A DNA stretch of 64,000 nucleotides from assembly GCF_009834535.1 (NCBI RefSeq), contig NC_045707.1, positions 58,158,001 through 58,222,000 of the forward strand, in the 5' to 3' direction. The translations under genes were made by a program, and so were the position numbers. The DNA is from Camelus ferus. Lineage: Eukaryota. The notes below the pieces were generated by a model. That model saw only the letters and a program-made list of their open reading frames with translations. It was not told where the DNA came from and did no database searches. Of this stretch, positions 51,393 through 64,000 are shown piece after piece. How positions within the stretch are numbered: the stretch's first letter is position 1; every line of letters begins with the position of its first letter.

Positions 51393-52839
51393 TGGTTTCT
51401 AAATTAAACCTGTGCTTTTTCTTAGTTGCAGACATTGTCTTGAAAATACACATAAAGATAATATTCCACTGAAATGTAAACTGTTAGATCATTCTCCAGT
51501 CTACATTTGTCCAAGGTTCAACCCTCATCTCCTACACATCTGTAACTAGGTAAGAGGCACTTTCAGTGTGGGGACTTCGGTAGAAGACTCGTAGTAAGCC
51601 TGTGTTTAACTAAATTAATACTAGAATTGAATTCTCTTGTTTCTACTTACAGTACTTTTCCTTTGCATGCTCACAGACTGAGAGATATTACTGTTGTTTG
51701 TCCTCCGTACAAAAAAAAGAATTTCACATCCAAATTCTTAAAACCAAATTCAGAGCAGCTAGAATTATCTAAGAGAATATTCATATTAAAAAGTAAAGTA
51801 GATATTCACTAATCCAGTAGACTACTTTATTCTTTTGCTTAAAGGTTTATTACCACTCAGTCTTTCCTGACTCGTCTGAAACAATCATGACTCCCAGTGT
51901 CAATACTCACTGAGTGTTGTAAGAACATATCCAGAGGCCAAATTCTCTCCAAACTAGGGCCATGTATTTCCCATAGGAAATAATAGCCTTATAGGTTGTC
52001 CTTCACTTAGTCGTTATAAGCAGAATACACACAGAGCAAACTCTTAATTATTAACTATCCATTAGCCATATCTTGCTAGAGAAAACCTTTGGTTGCAAAG
52101 ATGAAAGCTGGCTGATAAGCAATCTTTTCTGTGATGTTCCATGTTTTACACTGTGGGTAGTCTCTGTGTGTCTGAGTGTGCATGTCCAGCAGAGGTAATG
52201 TACATATGAGAGCTGTTGTCCAAAAAGGATTGGATGTGGAATGAAGTATTTATTTTGCTATTTTATTGTATATCTCTAAGTAGCTAAATACATTTCTTGA
52301 CTTCGATTTTGGAAAGGTCCTCTGAGGTTATGTGCTTTGAAACAACAGTGTGCTTTCTCTCTTAGGTAAGTGGCATAGTGTCAAATTGCTGTTCCATGCC
52401 TACAAAAGATAACCAGATGACAAAGTAATAAATTTTAAAACATAGGAGTCAGGAGTTTAAAATTCTATAATAAGATGACATAAATACTTCTGTCTTACTA
52501 CTCTAAGTTGAAATTTTATTACAAGTTTTCTAAAGTTTATTAGAAGTAAGCTTTTTTGAATTAGGCTGTCCAACTTGTCAGTGCTTTAATACCAATATCA
52601 TATAAGTCACAAAAATTAACTAGATTTTCATTTTAAAAGGCTGAAGAAAAAGAAGGGGCGGAAATGTGAAGAAATGAGCAGTCTTAGTAGATTCTGTCCT
52701 GAATAATATACAGCTAGTCGGGCCTGTACTTTTTTTGTAGGTCTGGGAGAATGGAAATGGGAAAGAGAAGAATTTACCTTCTCTCCTCTTCCCCACACTC
52801 AATTATTCTTACACGTTTGTATTGATACATGTCTGTTTC

Positions 52840-53040
52840 AATAGGATATCTCACTTGATCCTTACAACAGGCTGGGTAAATTAAGTCTGTCTCCCTTTTA
52901 TAGGTGAGATGAGAAAGCTGAGATTTACGGATCATAAACTGGGTCAACATTCCAAGCTTCGTGCAAAGCAGAGCTCTTACCCAGACTTAGTGGTGATTGT
53001 CATTCTTCCCAGCTCCTAATCAAGGACTTTTTCCACTGTA
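52840..53040. mobile_element. MIR SINE remnant
   Basis: tctcacttgatccttacaac...ccccttttataggtgag..aagctgag core-like motif. Confidence 0.55.
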
Positions 53041-53539
53041 TCAGTTAGTCAGTTTGATAGTTTATACTTTGAGGATGGAGTTTCTTGATTTTTTTTTCTT
53101 TCACATTCTTTCTCTAATCCCACATTCTCACACCCACACCCACTAAACTTTTCTCTCCTTAGGACTTATTATTACTAAACTATTTTGCCCTATAATGGGA
53201 TTTTTTAAAAGACAATGCTTTTAATTCTCAAGCAGCAAGCTGGTTCCCTGGTGCAAATTCTAGCTATACCCAGTAGACCATCATACATTTGTAAAAGATT
53301 TTCACATACCTACATACAAAAGAACTTTACATCCTTCAAAAACAGATTTTTCAGCTGATGATCAGAGGTTAATTCCCAACAGTATCTTTGATTCCCAAGT
53401 AAGATAGGCAACATTGATAGTGCTATGGTTTTAGCAACAAATTTTTCTCCCCCAGTGAAAACGTATGGAGTATCAGTGTATAAAACAAAATTTGCATTTA
53501 CATTAACTCATACATATGACTCCACCCCCAAAAAAGTCA

Positions 53540-53635
53540 CAATTGGCTCTCTGCATTCACAGATACAAAGGGCCAACCGCACTATGCCACTTAATATAAG
53601 GGACTTGAATATCTGCAGATACCAAGGGACACCTG
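53540..53635 (-). mobile_element. Short internally deleted MER2/Tigger derivative
   Basis: Ends ...gataccaagggacacctg|ta; contains atataagggacttgaatatc, the reverse complement of the motif at 37300. Confidence 0.55.
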
Positions 53636-55394
53636 TACCCAAAACAAGCCTCTGTAAGACATGCATGACAGCAGCATGGCTGCCTCGCTTGTTACTGTTT
53701 AATTCTTAGGACCAGAGCATTACTGAGCATGCACCTTAACGTGCGATTGCTTTTACAATATATGTGCCAAACGTGCTCTAGCAGTGTACTAGTATATGTG
53801 AGTGACTATGTTCTGGCCTAAATCAAAACCAAGTGCAGACAGGAGAAGCTCCAAACAAAAATGAGATCACTTGGCAGTTGTGGTAGTGCTCTGATGTTTT
53901 ACAGTTTTACGTGTGCCCAAGTGTATTGTTTTTTAAGTTTCAGGAAAGCGTTTTAGCAAACAATTTGAATCAAAATTTTATGAGATCCATAGAATACCTT
54001 TGTAAAACCTAGGGGGTACTGATTTTTAAAGACTTGACATGGTCGAAAAAACTTTTTGGATTCAGTCAGCTCTAGATATAAATCTCAGTCACACTACTTT
54101 ATAATTGTGTGACATTGGTCGAATTTTTTAACCATTTGGGCTGTTTTTTTCAAGTAAATAACATATCTGTGTAAAGTGCCTTGGACGATTTTTGGAGCTT
54201 AGTGGCTTGAGGCTTAACAAATGCAATTACTAAATTATTACTCTGAAGAAATTATATTAGAAATTTGTGACTTTCAAAAGCACTAATTTACTTTGGAATG
54301 TAATTTACTTTTGCTTGGATCATTTGATAAGTGTTGATAACTAGTATTTCCAAAGAATCTTCTAGTGTGAAAAAATTTTAATAGGATTGTGTCTTAGAAT
54401 ATATTAGAGCAAAATTTTGGAATAATTTACCCAGTTACCATAAACACCTTTTTTTTTTTAAACACTGGGATCAGTAAGGGAGGAAGAGGTTAAGAGACGG
54501 ATTTCAGAAGACCTCCTTCAACCATTGGAAAGAAGGAAAAAGTACACCTCTGTAACCATGCCCCATCTGCCCTAACAGATTCCAGGAACTCTGACTCTTC
54601 GTGTGAATCCAATCCATTGTGGACCCCAGTTGCTGTTATCAAAAAGGGACAGATAGGGGAGAGTGTCAAGGAGCTGATAAATGTGACATACAAAATGCAT
54701 TTGCCATAGAAGAGATGGATGGTAAGTATGGGCTAATAAGTGTTTTAATTACTACTTATTGTTAATTGCTACTCTTTATTGTTTTCGTTAAAATTCATAC
54801 TTGTTGGAATGTCAGGATTATCACTACTTTGGGATGCTTTTAAAGTTTACTTAATGCTTCTCATAAGACATCCGAGGTCATCTGGGCCATTTATCAGCCT
54901 TCAGATAAGACTAACCTTGTCAGATAATGATTTTCTGCATAAGAGTTATAAAATCTCATCTGTTCTTTTTGTCTGAAATTTAGAGTCCTGCCCATCTCAT
55001 TTGTGCTCCGTGCTACACTGCACCTCTGATGTGTAGTACTTCCTTCACAGTAACCAGCAGTAGGAAAACCAGAGGAAGGGAGCTACATTTTAGTATTTTC
55101 TTTGTTCCAGTCCCTACATATCTTGGTTTTCTGGTGTTAAGTTCTTTGTAATCTGTTCCTTTTATTTTGCTCTTGACAAGGTCGTTTTCATCTTTGTTCT
55201 CAGCAGCTGGTATAGTGCCTGGCAAACAGTAGGTGTTAATTTGATGTTATTAAAAGGAAAGAGTAAATCTGAATAATTAAACTGTGATATATACATTTTG
55301 CAGAGGAAAAAAATCTTGACTGGCCTCTAGGTTTTTAAGAAAGCTTTTTAAGACATTAAATGTAAGGGTTCTGATTCCTACAGACTTTGTCTCG

Positions 55395-55850
55395 GTCATT
55401 CAGCAAGTTCTTGTTAGCGCTTCCAGGCCAGACTGCCCTGAGTGGTGGCGGTACACCCAGGGGCAAACAGGCAGAAATAAAACCCCTGCCTTGTGGAGGT
55501 TACATTCAACGAGTGGAAAGATTGAAAATAAGCAGTTACACTATTTTAGAAGAGAATAGGTACTATGGAGCAAATAGAGCAAGATAAGAGACTTCAGGAA
55601 TGAGGGAGAGATTGTCAGAGAAGGCCTCCCTGAGCACGTACCATCTGAGTCAAAACTGGAAGAAGAGGAGGACAAAAACTGCATATACTCTGGGAGAAGA
55701 GCATGTCCAGGCAGAGGAAGCAACAACAGCAAAGGCCTTGAGATGCTGATGTTTTCAAGTATTTCAACAAACAGTAAGGCTTATAGCCTAGTGAGCAAGA
55801 AGTAGAGAGATAGGAGACAAGATCGGAGAGGCAACTGAGAGCTGGATTAG
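55395..55850 (-). mobile_element. LINE-2 fragment
   Basis: tcattcagcaag..., acccctgccttgtggag.ttacattc, gagaaggcctccctgag, ccaggcagaggaagcaac..gcaaaggccttgag. Confidence 0.7.
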
Positions 55851-56074
55851 GGACTTGTTTAGACGCGTGTTAACCACATTCTCTTCTCTAGACCTGCTCC
55901 TTCAAGAACTTGGCTATTCTTGTGTGTACTCTTTTCCCAAGAATATTTTGTAGCTCTTTATAATAAAAGCCACATACTGTAAAATTATTTTTTACAGGAG
56001 AGAAGAATTGGATTATAAATTGGGGAGAATAATTATACTAGAAAACCTAGGCTAAGTTTCCTAAGCCAAAACTT

Positions 56075-56267
56075 TTTTTAAAAACTGAATTTTTTTAAAC
56101 TTCATTTATTTTTAAAATTTATTTTATATTATTATTTGGGGGGGGGTTGTGGGGGGAGTAATTACGTTTGTTTGTTGTTTGTTTGTTTATTAATGGAAGT
56201 TGGGGATTAAACCCAGGACCTCATACATACTAAGTACTCACTCTACCACTAAACTATATCCTTCCCC
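56075..56267 (-). mobile_element. tRNA-Ala-derived SINE (Vic-1-like), more diverged
   Basis: ggggattaaacccaggacctc...ctctaccact.aactata core; approximate TSD ctaag....aaactt. Confidence 0.8.
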
Positions 56268-56698
56268 TAAGGGGAAACTTACTGAGTTAAATGTAAAATA
56301 TTTGCTAAGACTCCATGACAGTAAAGTTAGAAATGGAAAAAAAGGATTATTACAAACATGATTACTATGTAGCGGAAGCACAGCAGTTCACGGGGCAGAA
56401 TGAACACTTCAGACCAGTGCTCAGGAAGGAATCTCCTCGTTGGTTTTACAGTTGGTCTGTACACCTAATGTACATTGTCCTCATTTGTGTCTACATTTTG
56501 GGGTAGTATTTTTCTTCAGATGGTCATTTCTTATTTCTGCTTTCAAAACCAAAATCTAGAATAAAAGATGGACTTCCATAAATGTTATGACATAGTTCCA
56601 AAAGGGAACAGAGTACTATAACCCAAATGTGTGGTATCCACTGTCTTTCCTGTCCTAGGAATGTCCCAGGACTGGTTAGCTTAATCATTCCCCGGCAC

Positions 56699-56875
56699 CA
56701 GTGGTTCTCAAACTTGAATCACCTGGACAGCTTGTTCAGCCACAGTTTGGGCCCCACTCCTGTTTTTTAATTCCACACATAGGGTCTGTGATGAGGCCAG
56801 TGAATCTGTATTTCTGTCAAGTTCACAGATGATGCTGACACTGCTGGTCCAGGGACCACATTTTGAGATCTACTG
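56699..56875. mobile_element. MER5A-like hAT MITE
   Basis: TIRs cagtggttctcaaa / tttgagatctactg; gctgctggtcc.gggaccaca-type motif. Confidence 0.85.
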
Positions 56876-57040
56876 TATTACAATATCAACTGTTCATCTT
56901 CTAAATGAAAATGGAGAATTCAAAAGTAAAATCCTCTGTGAGAACCTTAAAGGTACGTGTCCTACATTAATAGTTAAAAGGAGATCAAGTAGACCAAACT
57001 TTGCATAACACCAATGACAGTTTAAAAATAGAAGACCATG

Positions 57041-57227
57041 GCCACTCTCCCTTCTGAGCGAGACAGACCACACTCTGTCTACAGAGTGTGCATCTACCAA
57101 GCACCCAACCCCCACACCTCTTGCCTTCTCAAACAGCCTGCACTCTGTCTATGGAGTATGTATCTCTCTGAATAAACCTACCTTTACTCCAGAAAGTAAA
57201 TAAATAAAATTAAGTAAAATTAAATTA
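57041..57227 (+). mobile_element. Polyadenylated retroposed fragment of LTR-like sequence with long TSD
   Basis: AATAAA 57171-57176, A-rich tail from ~57191, TSD aaaa(a/g)tagaagacca(t/c)g at 57024-57040 and 57228-57244, TT|AAAA target. Confidence 0.7.
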
Positions 57228-57680
57228 AAAAGTAGAAGACCACGTATACCTGGCTAGGGAGAAGGATACATGCAAACAGATCAAATCCATTTTACCAGGA
57301 AATCAAGTATAAACAGAAAAGGATTTTTCTTATATGAGATAAGCAACTTGACAATAGGCCCATACATTTGATCAGAAAAGGGGTAGCCAGTCCCCCAACA
57401 TTTCTCTACTTGCTAGAGAGATAAAAAGCCTAAAACTCTAGGTGTAGGGAGGCAAATGTCCTAAAATCTAGGTCTCTTGCCAGCTTAAATTAAGTCAGAA
57501 AAGCCTAACACAACTGCCTTCTCACCTTGGAGACCCAAGCTGCCTGCGTTTCACACGGTGCGTCACAAACATCGCACAGCATGCTGTTGGGGCTGGACTA
57601 CATGTAACATGGGCATCCACTTTGCTGCATGTCTTAAGTGGCTAGATATACCAGGGCTGCTAGTTACTATAACTATAAAC

Positions 57681-57766
57681 TGCATGAGGTCCTGGGTTCA
57701 GTCCTTGGTACCTCCTTTAGAAATAAATAAGTAGACCTAATTACCTCCCCCAAAAAATAAATAAAT
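57681..57766 (+). mobile_element. 5'-truncated Vic-1-like SINE
   Basis: tgcatgaggtcctgggttcagtcc..ggtacctcc...cctaattacctccccc followed by an A tail. Confidence 0.8.
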
Positions 57767-57840
57767 GAGTAAGCTCCTTTGGATTAATAAAGATGTACTT
57801 AACCAGTTCATATATATGTTCATATATATTTAATCTATAT

Positions 57841-58026
57841 CAGTAATTCTAAAGTTGTCATCATGGGACCAACAGTATCAGTATCACCTGGGAATTTGTT
57901 AGAAATGCAAATTCTTAGGCCACACCCCAGACCTACTGAATCAGAAACCAAAGACAGGGCCCAGCAGTCTTTTCAACAAGCCCCCCCAAAGGATTATGAT
58001 GGAAGATAACACTTGAGAACTACTAG
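57841..58026. mobile_element. MER5A1-like hAT MITE
   Basis: atcacctgggaatttgttagaaatgcaaattctt..gccacaccccagacctactgaatcagaaac; terminus ttgagaactact. Confidence 0.85.
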
Positions 58027-58199
58027 CGTGTAGGTTTCAAATCTAGATCACTTGGACTGAAACGGAAGTAACTTTTTAAAAAATTCTCAAAGACAATATT
58101 GGTGGAGAATGAAAAGAATTATCAGTGGGGAGTGAGAAATCTCTAGCTACATTGGGAGCATACTGCTGGTTCCACTCAATCTGAAAAATACTAATGATA

Positions 58200-59980
58200 A
58201 TCTTACTTTTACTCTTGAAACTGTAATGGGGAGGTTCATAATCAAATGAATTAATCTGACGTAGAGCAGATTCATCTCACAGGGAGAGCATCACCTTTAA
58301 TGGTTCCCTACAAAAGGAATCCAACGGATTTCTACTTAAGGGGAGATAAGGTTATACTATAAAATGAGTTTATTATTAAGTGCTTATGAAGTACAACTGG
58401 AGTCCCAGTCCACTGGAAGGTATCCTACCTCTGGGTGAGACAGAAGATCACTGAGAAAACTCCACTCCTGAGACCAGAGATACAGGGTCTGGCTAAGTCT
58501 GAAGCTGAAACAGGACTACGGAAAACTCTTCCAGCTTCTCACCGCCCACCCTACACCCCCAGCAAGCATTAAATAAGTACCAGGGAACAAACAATGGAAG
58601 TATATGGTTGGGGAAGGAGCAAGTGCAGGGAGAGTGCCCCTGTGAGGCACAAACTAATAGAAGAGATTAAGGTAGAAGCAGACCATTGAGAAAAAGTCTC
58701 TAGTAGATGAATTCTCACCCTAACCACAAAGTGAGTCCATTGGAATTTAAAACCAGTCTTAAAGATTACGTAAACACTGCAACAACAAGAGACAATCCTA
58801 AGTATAATGACTCAGTCCTCTAGCCTAGCAGAAGAAGTGTCATTTCCAGTAATGAATACTATTTATCTCAGTCTCTGCTATTCACATTATGTGCAGCAAG
58901 CAATCAATAAGTACAGGATAGAGAAAAAGCTTTTCCAAATCAATTGTCAAGAGACAAAGCAATCAACGGAACCAGATGTAGAGGTTGCATGAATATTGGA
59001 ACTCTCTGATAGGAAATATAGAATCATGAGAACAAAGTAAAAATGAAAAATAAAAATAAATAAATCATTATGAGTAACATGGTAACCTACCATGGAAAAA
59101 GTGGGGAACATGAATGGACAGACAAGGAAATTCAGCAGAAATAGAAACTACAAAAAAGGGTCAAATGAAAATGGCAGAATAAAAAACCATGATAACAAAA
59201 TTTAAGAATGTCTCCTGCATACACATCAGATTTGACACAGCCAAGAGACGAGTGAAGTTGACGAATGATAAACAGAAATTATCCAAATGAGGCTCAAAAA
59301 GGGAAAAAAAAAAAATGAAAAACCCAGAAACAACACAACACACAAGAGATGTGGCCTAATGTATGTGTGATTTGAGTCTCAGAAGGAGTGAGAGAATGAA
59401 ACAGAAGAAATGTTTGAAGAGATAGTGTTCGAGAATTTTCCAAAAATTATGAAACACATCAAATCACAGTTGCAAAAAGCTCAGAGAATGCCAAGAAGGA
59501 TTTCAAAAACAAAAAACTAGATACACTATATTCAAACTGCTGAAAGGCCAAAGTTACAGAGAAATCTTGTAGATAACCAAAGGGATAAAAGCAAAAACAG
59601 TGGAGTGATGTCTTTAAAGTACTAAAAGTAAAAAGAACTGATGGCTCTGAATTCTAGTCCCGGCAAAACTGTCTTTTAAAAATGAAGGAAAAATGCTTTT
59701 TCAGACAAAGACTGGGGAAATCCAGTAGCAGATTGACACTACAAAAAAAAATGTTAAAGGAAGTCCTAGAGGCAGAAGCAATAGGATATCAAGACTAATT
59801 TGGATCTCCACAAAGAAACGAAGATTCCAGGAAGTAGTTAGAATGTAGGTTTTTATATAAAGGCCATTTTTCTTATACTTAATACCTCTTAAAATAATCG
59901 ACTAAATCAAAAATAAAGACAATATATTGATGGTTTATAACATATGTAAAGGTAAAACATATGACAGTGGTACAAATGAT
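58200..59980 (+). mobile_element. Old LINE-1 5'/ORF1 region, degenerate
   Basis: ORF1-type A-rich phrases (gaagaaatgtttgaagagatagt...gagaattttccaaaa, aaaaatgaaggaaaaat, tgttaaaggaagt); no intact ORF; boundaries approximate. Confidence 0.65.
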
Positions 59981-60199
59981 GATGTCCCTCCTCACTCTTG
60001 AGCCCTAGCAGCAGTAGAAACATTTCAGAATTGCCTTTTGCAATACGACTTTTCCAAAGATTCAGTTTCCTTTAAGGTCCAAGTATCTTGCCACTTGAAA
60101 TCAAAAACTTTTCTACAAGGTCTCACAGGGATTTATTCAGCTGGTTCATATGATTGAAAAAAAAGTCTGCTAAGCAGGCCCATTCCTGCAACCCTTCGT

Positions 60200-61800
60200 T
60201 TCAAAGCACTGGACAAACGCTAGACTGTAATTACATTATCTCTCTTGTCTCTTTTTGGATTCCAACTGCATGCGAGTTAGGCTGCTTGACGTTATCCAAC
60301 AACCTACTAAGTCTTTGTCGATTATTCTTCATCTTTTTCCTCTTTGATCTTCAGATTGGGTATTTTCTGTTGATCTTTCTTCCAATTCACTGACCCTTTT
60401 GCCATCTCCAATCTGGCTTTAGGCCCATCTAGAGAATTTTTCATTTTAGATATTATACTTTTCAGTTCTAGAATTTCATTTTAGTTCTTTTTTAAAAATA
60501 GCTTTAATCTTTCTCCTGAAATTCCTCTATCTGTTCACTCACTATGACTATCTTTTCCTGTAAGCTTTTGAAAACATTTATAGTAACTGTTTAAAGTCCT
60601 TGTCTGCTACTTCTAACATAGGGGTCATGTCAGGGTCTGTTTCTATTGACTACTTTTTCTCTTGATGATGGGTCATATTTTCCTGTGTCTTTACATGTTT
60701 AATATTTTTTATTCTAGACATTGTAGATGATACATGAGTTCATCTTCCTCTGAAGAGTTCTGATTTGCAGGCAGCTGAGTTCTGGCTGATGACTTTGAAT
60801 TTGTATGTAAGTTTACTTTTTATATTTTTACGATACATCTATTTCAATTTTAAACTTAATCTTAGAGCAAATCTTTATTCCTAGGAAATAGTCTTTACTT
60901 CAGAGGTGTGGACCCTCTTGAGTTTCAGTTGAAAGGTTGAAGTGTTTACCACGCACCTCAGGCTTGGTAGGTGCTATGAATGTTTGTGCCCACCTTGCCC
61001 CCAAATTCACGTGTTGAAATCCCAAACTCAATGTTATGGTGTTAGGTCAAGAAGTGGGGCCTTTGGGAGGTGATTAGTATGAGGACTGAGCTCTCATGAA
61101 TGGGATTAGTGCTTTAAGAAAAAGGATCCCACACAGCTCCCTGGCCTCTTCTGCCATGTGAGGGTACAGTGAGAAGCCTGTGACCTGGAAAAGGGCCCTC
61201 ACTCAACCATGCTGAGAAATTTCCACTGTTGATAAGCCACCTAGCCTGTGATACTGTGTTATGGTAGCCCAAGCAGACTAAGAGTAGGATTGAAACTCTA
61301 AACTCTGTCTCTTCTATACTGGGCAACAACAGAAATCTCTACTCAGCATCTTCTAGCTGTTGCTTTCCTGGGCTTTGACGAGATCATGTGTGTGCAAATC
61401 AAAGGTCATCCAAAAATTTGAAGGAAGTTTGTACACAGATTTCAGAACTCCCATCTCTATGGTTCTCATTTCCAAAATTTCCCCCCTTAATTTCCAGATG
61501 TTCTGGCAACCCCAAACTCTGTCTTCTGATACCTCATGCCAATAAGACTTCAGCTTAATTTCTAGCTTCCCTTTACTGCACTCACTGGGGAATACCCTCA
61601 GGTGTAAATTTGTTTAAACATGGATCTCAACAAGTGTGATTATTCTTTTTCTCAGGATTGAGTCCTCCCCAGTTTGTGCCTGCTTTTGGTCACTCCAGTT
61701 ATTTTATGTATTTGTTCCAAAGTCCATAACTGTTATCTGTAGGAAGGCTTAGTCCAATTTAATGTACTCTGCCATTACTAGAAACAAAACCTTTGTATTA
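60200..61800 (-). mobile_element. Second old LINE-1 5'/ORF1 region in opposite orientation, interrupted by a MaLR LTR
   Basis: T-rich reverse ORF1 phrases (ttttcagttctagaatttc, tttctctcctgaaattcc, aaagtccttgtctgcta). Confidence 0.6.
60972..61283 (+). mobile_element. MaLR solo LTR (MLT1A-like)
   Basis: TG start, gaatgtttgtg..cccccaaattcacgtgttgaaatc, ctctcatgaatgggattagtgc, gcagactaaga end; perfect 5-bp TSD gtagg (60967-60971; 61284-61288). Confidence 0.88.
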
Positions 61801-63059
61801 ATTTTATAATTTGAAAACTAGCTTTAAAAAAGGCTTGAACAAATGGGCCCAAATACAGCATTTTGTGTTAGGGGGTAGCTTGATAGATAATAGTTTTTCC
61901 TCTGTTTTCCAAATTTTCTGTATTATCTTTTTAAATTAAACTTCTTTTTATAGAATTTTCATGGAGTGAGAGGCATCCAAGATAGTAGGTAATATATAAA
62001 CTAAAGTAAAAGGTGTGTTTACATGAAGAACATGAGTCATCCTTGGATCAGCTGTTGGGTAGGGACGGATTGGTTTTGCAAGGGTGGAGCAGTGTTGGAG
62101 AAGCATAAAGAAACAAGGAACTCTACCATAGTCAAAGGCAGTTAGCCTCAACTCATTGCCAAATGCCTGAGTTATTATAAACCTGTTGGATTACCTTATG
62201 TAGTAGAAGAATAACTGAACCGAAACTGCCATAGAGAACTTTGAAAATTTTACTTAAAATGTCCAACTCAATATTTCTTAAAATAATAAAGTATACATAT
62301 CCAACTAATGTGTATGTATTTGGATGCAAATCAGCAAGGGATATGGAAAACAAGGAACTTGTAGAGCGATGACATTTGGGGATGATTTCTAAGACAGTAA
62401 AACTCCATTTTTCCCCCAGGGACACACTTAATGAGTGACTTTCACATTCCCAGAGAATTCTTAGGTGGTGGCCTCTGGTACAGATAAGACACACTGGAGA
62501 TTATGGGAAATTTCCCTTTGGCCTGCAGTAAGATACTGCCCTGCCTTTTTCTCTCCCACTGCGGGCAGTATATTAGAATTCAAGTAAATGAGAATATTAT
62601 GATCGGGAAAACTCTGATTCTGCTCTAACTAATTAATTATAAAACATTCATTCATTTAATAGATATTTGCTGAATGCCTGCCATATACAACATACCAATT
62701 CTTTTTGAATTGTATTTGTATTATTGAAAATTATTGATTATACAATTTATGACTGGTTTAGATAAGATACCCATGGAAGGCAACAGAGAGATTGAGAGAA
62801 TCCCTGTTTTAAATAATTTAGATTGTTACAAAGGTACATGTAAAGTAAAGGTTTTTAATAACCTGAGATATGTCAGGCTTCAGTCAATACTCAGTTTCTT
62901 AAAAGTCTTAACTTCTCAATAGTGAGGATAAACGACCTGGAAGCCAGAAAAGTAAAGCAAAGCAAAGATCCAGAACTGTTGTCTTGCCTTTGTTTACCGT
63001 ATTTCATGTCTGCGCAAGTCCTTTCCCCCTACTTTAAATAGTATCACACGTGCATCACT

Positions 63060-63990
63060 TTCTCTCAGCTCTCAGTACTAACCTTCCCACGTGGTTTACC
63101 CTCTATACTTTTATCACCTAATGTTTTGTCTTATAATGTAACCTCCACGAGGGCAGGAACTTTGTTTTATTCACTGCTGTATTGGCACACCTTGTATCTG
63201 GCACATAGTCGGTGCTCAATAAATATTTGTTATTGAATTACTTGTTTCTGGACATTTTACTCTCTCCCCATCATTCTCAAGATAAAGTCCAAATTCCTCA
63301 TGCCTGTCTTTGAGGGCCTCAAACCTGATCTCTGCCTCCTCTCCCACTTTGACAGTCCAGGCAGTCCTATCTTATCCTAGTCCCTCAAACACCAGTTCTC
63401 CTGATTAGAAGGTCCATTCCCTCTCTGTCTATCCAGGCACATCCCAACCACCTTTCCACATTCTGCTTGCATCTCACCTGCTCCTTGAAGATTTGTATTA
63501 CCTTCAGCCTAGACTCTCCCCTCATTTCTCTCCTCTTCTCTAAGATTCTTCTGTAGGAGCTTTTTCACTCAGTTCTGTAACCACTGGTCTTCTTCCTGTA
63601 AGGACCTCACATTCTTATTTAAGTGCTTCAAATGTCCATATCTTTTCTCCCCACTGGAATGTCAGTCCCTGGAGGAGAGAGAAGTTAAGGTGCCGGCCAT
63701 ATCAGACTGCCTTGATTTTTGGCACATTCTGTTTGCTCACTCTTAGATACTTTGTTGTTCCCCTTTTACTTGGCTAACTCGCCCCTCAGGTCTCAGCATG
63801 AACATCCTTCCCTCTAATAAGAGTAGACAGGAGTATCTGCTCTTGTCCTGTATACAGAAGGCTCCTCATGCTTCCCTATACCTCTCCTTACTTGCCTCTA
63901 AACTCTGTGAGAATAAACCTGTCTTGTTCATTGCTCTATTCCCAGCACCTAGTCTGGCATCTGGCAATAAGAAGTGCCCTTTGTTGACTT
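63060..63990 (+). mobile_element. LINE-2 3' fragments
   Basis: tgtaacctccacgagggcagg..ttcactgctgta...tggcacatag..ggtgctcaataaatatttgtt L2 terminus, plus further pyrimidine-rich L2-like pieces. Confidence 0.7.
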
Positions 63991-64000
63991 AAAGAATCAC

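Noticed and set aside
29461..53198. CArG boxes (29461, 38259, 39065, 41115, 53189) as smooth-muscle enhancers or an internal promoter
   Set aside because: A rough estimate for 64 kb at ~66% AT gives about 4-5 by chance, and two lie inside old repeats. The 38.2-41.1 kb grouping would need SRF ChIP support.
54579..54721. Possible downstream exon (ctaacag| ... GATG|gtaagt)
   Set aside because: Isolated splice-like pair with no partner exons or recognisable product; cannot be supported from sequence alone
62153..62494. 113-aa minus-strand ORF
   Set aside because: No recognisable homology, promoter or splice context; length is compatible with chance

Overview
This is AT-rich mammalian genomic DNA, probably camelid (alpaca/camel), judging from five tRNA-Ala-derived Vic-1-like SINEs and no recognisable Alu/B1/Bov-tA/PRE1. 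The + strand carries the 3' three-quarters of the coding region of PPP1R12A (MYPT1, myosin phosphatase targeting subunit 1). Twenty GT-AG exons (conventional E6-E23, E25, E26; 632..48788) splice into a continuous 766-aa frame, colinear with human residues 265-1030 (S445, S472/473, S507, S668, T696, T853 and S910 fall at the expected numbers). The window also contains the known 31-nt smooth-muscle exon 24 (45426..45456) and a ~2.1 kb 3' UTR, followed by ~13 kb of repeat-rich intergenic DNA. The most notable features are two intronic, splice-competent, in-frame exons that are diverged paralogues of neighbouring canonical exons, with mostly synonymous codon changes. (1) 47033..47167+ encodes a second, alternative C-terminal leucine zipper ([44 protein letters not shown]). 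(2) 13535..13651 duplicates the PASWRxGLRKTG motif but replaces the S445 phospho-acceptor with Ile. Neither is visible in frame in the supplied ORF track. Further observations include candidate poison/terminal exons, splice-dependent rebuilding of the S668 site, a polyadenylated LTR-like retrocopy with long TSDs, a palindrome cluster and a perfect 45-bp triplication. Repeat family names are from visual recognition only; no database was searched.
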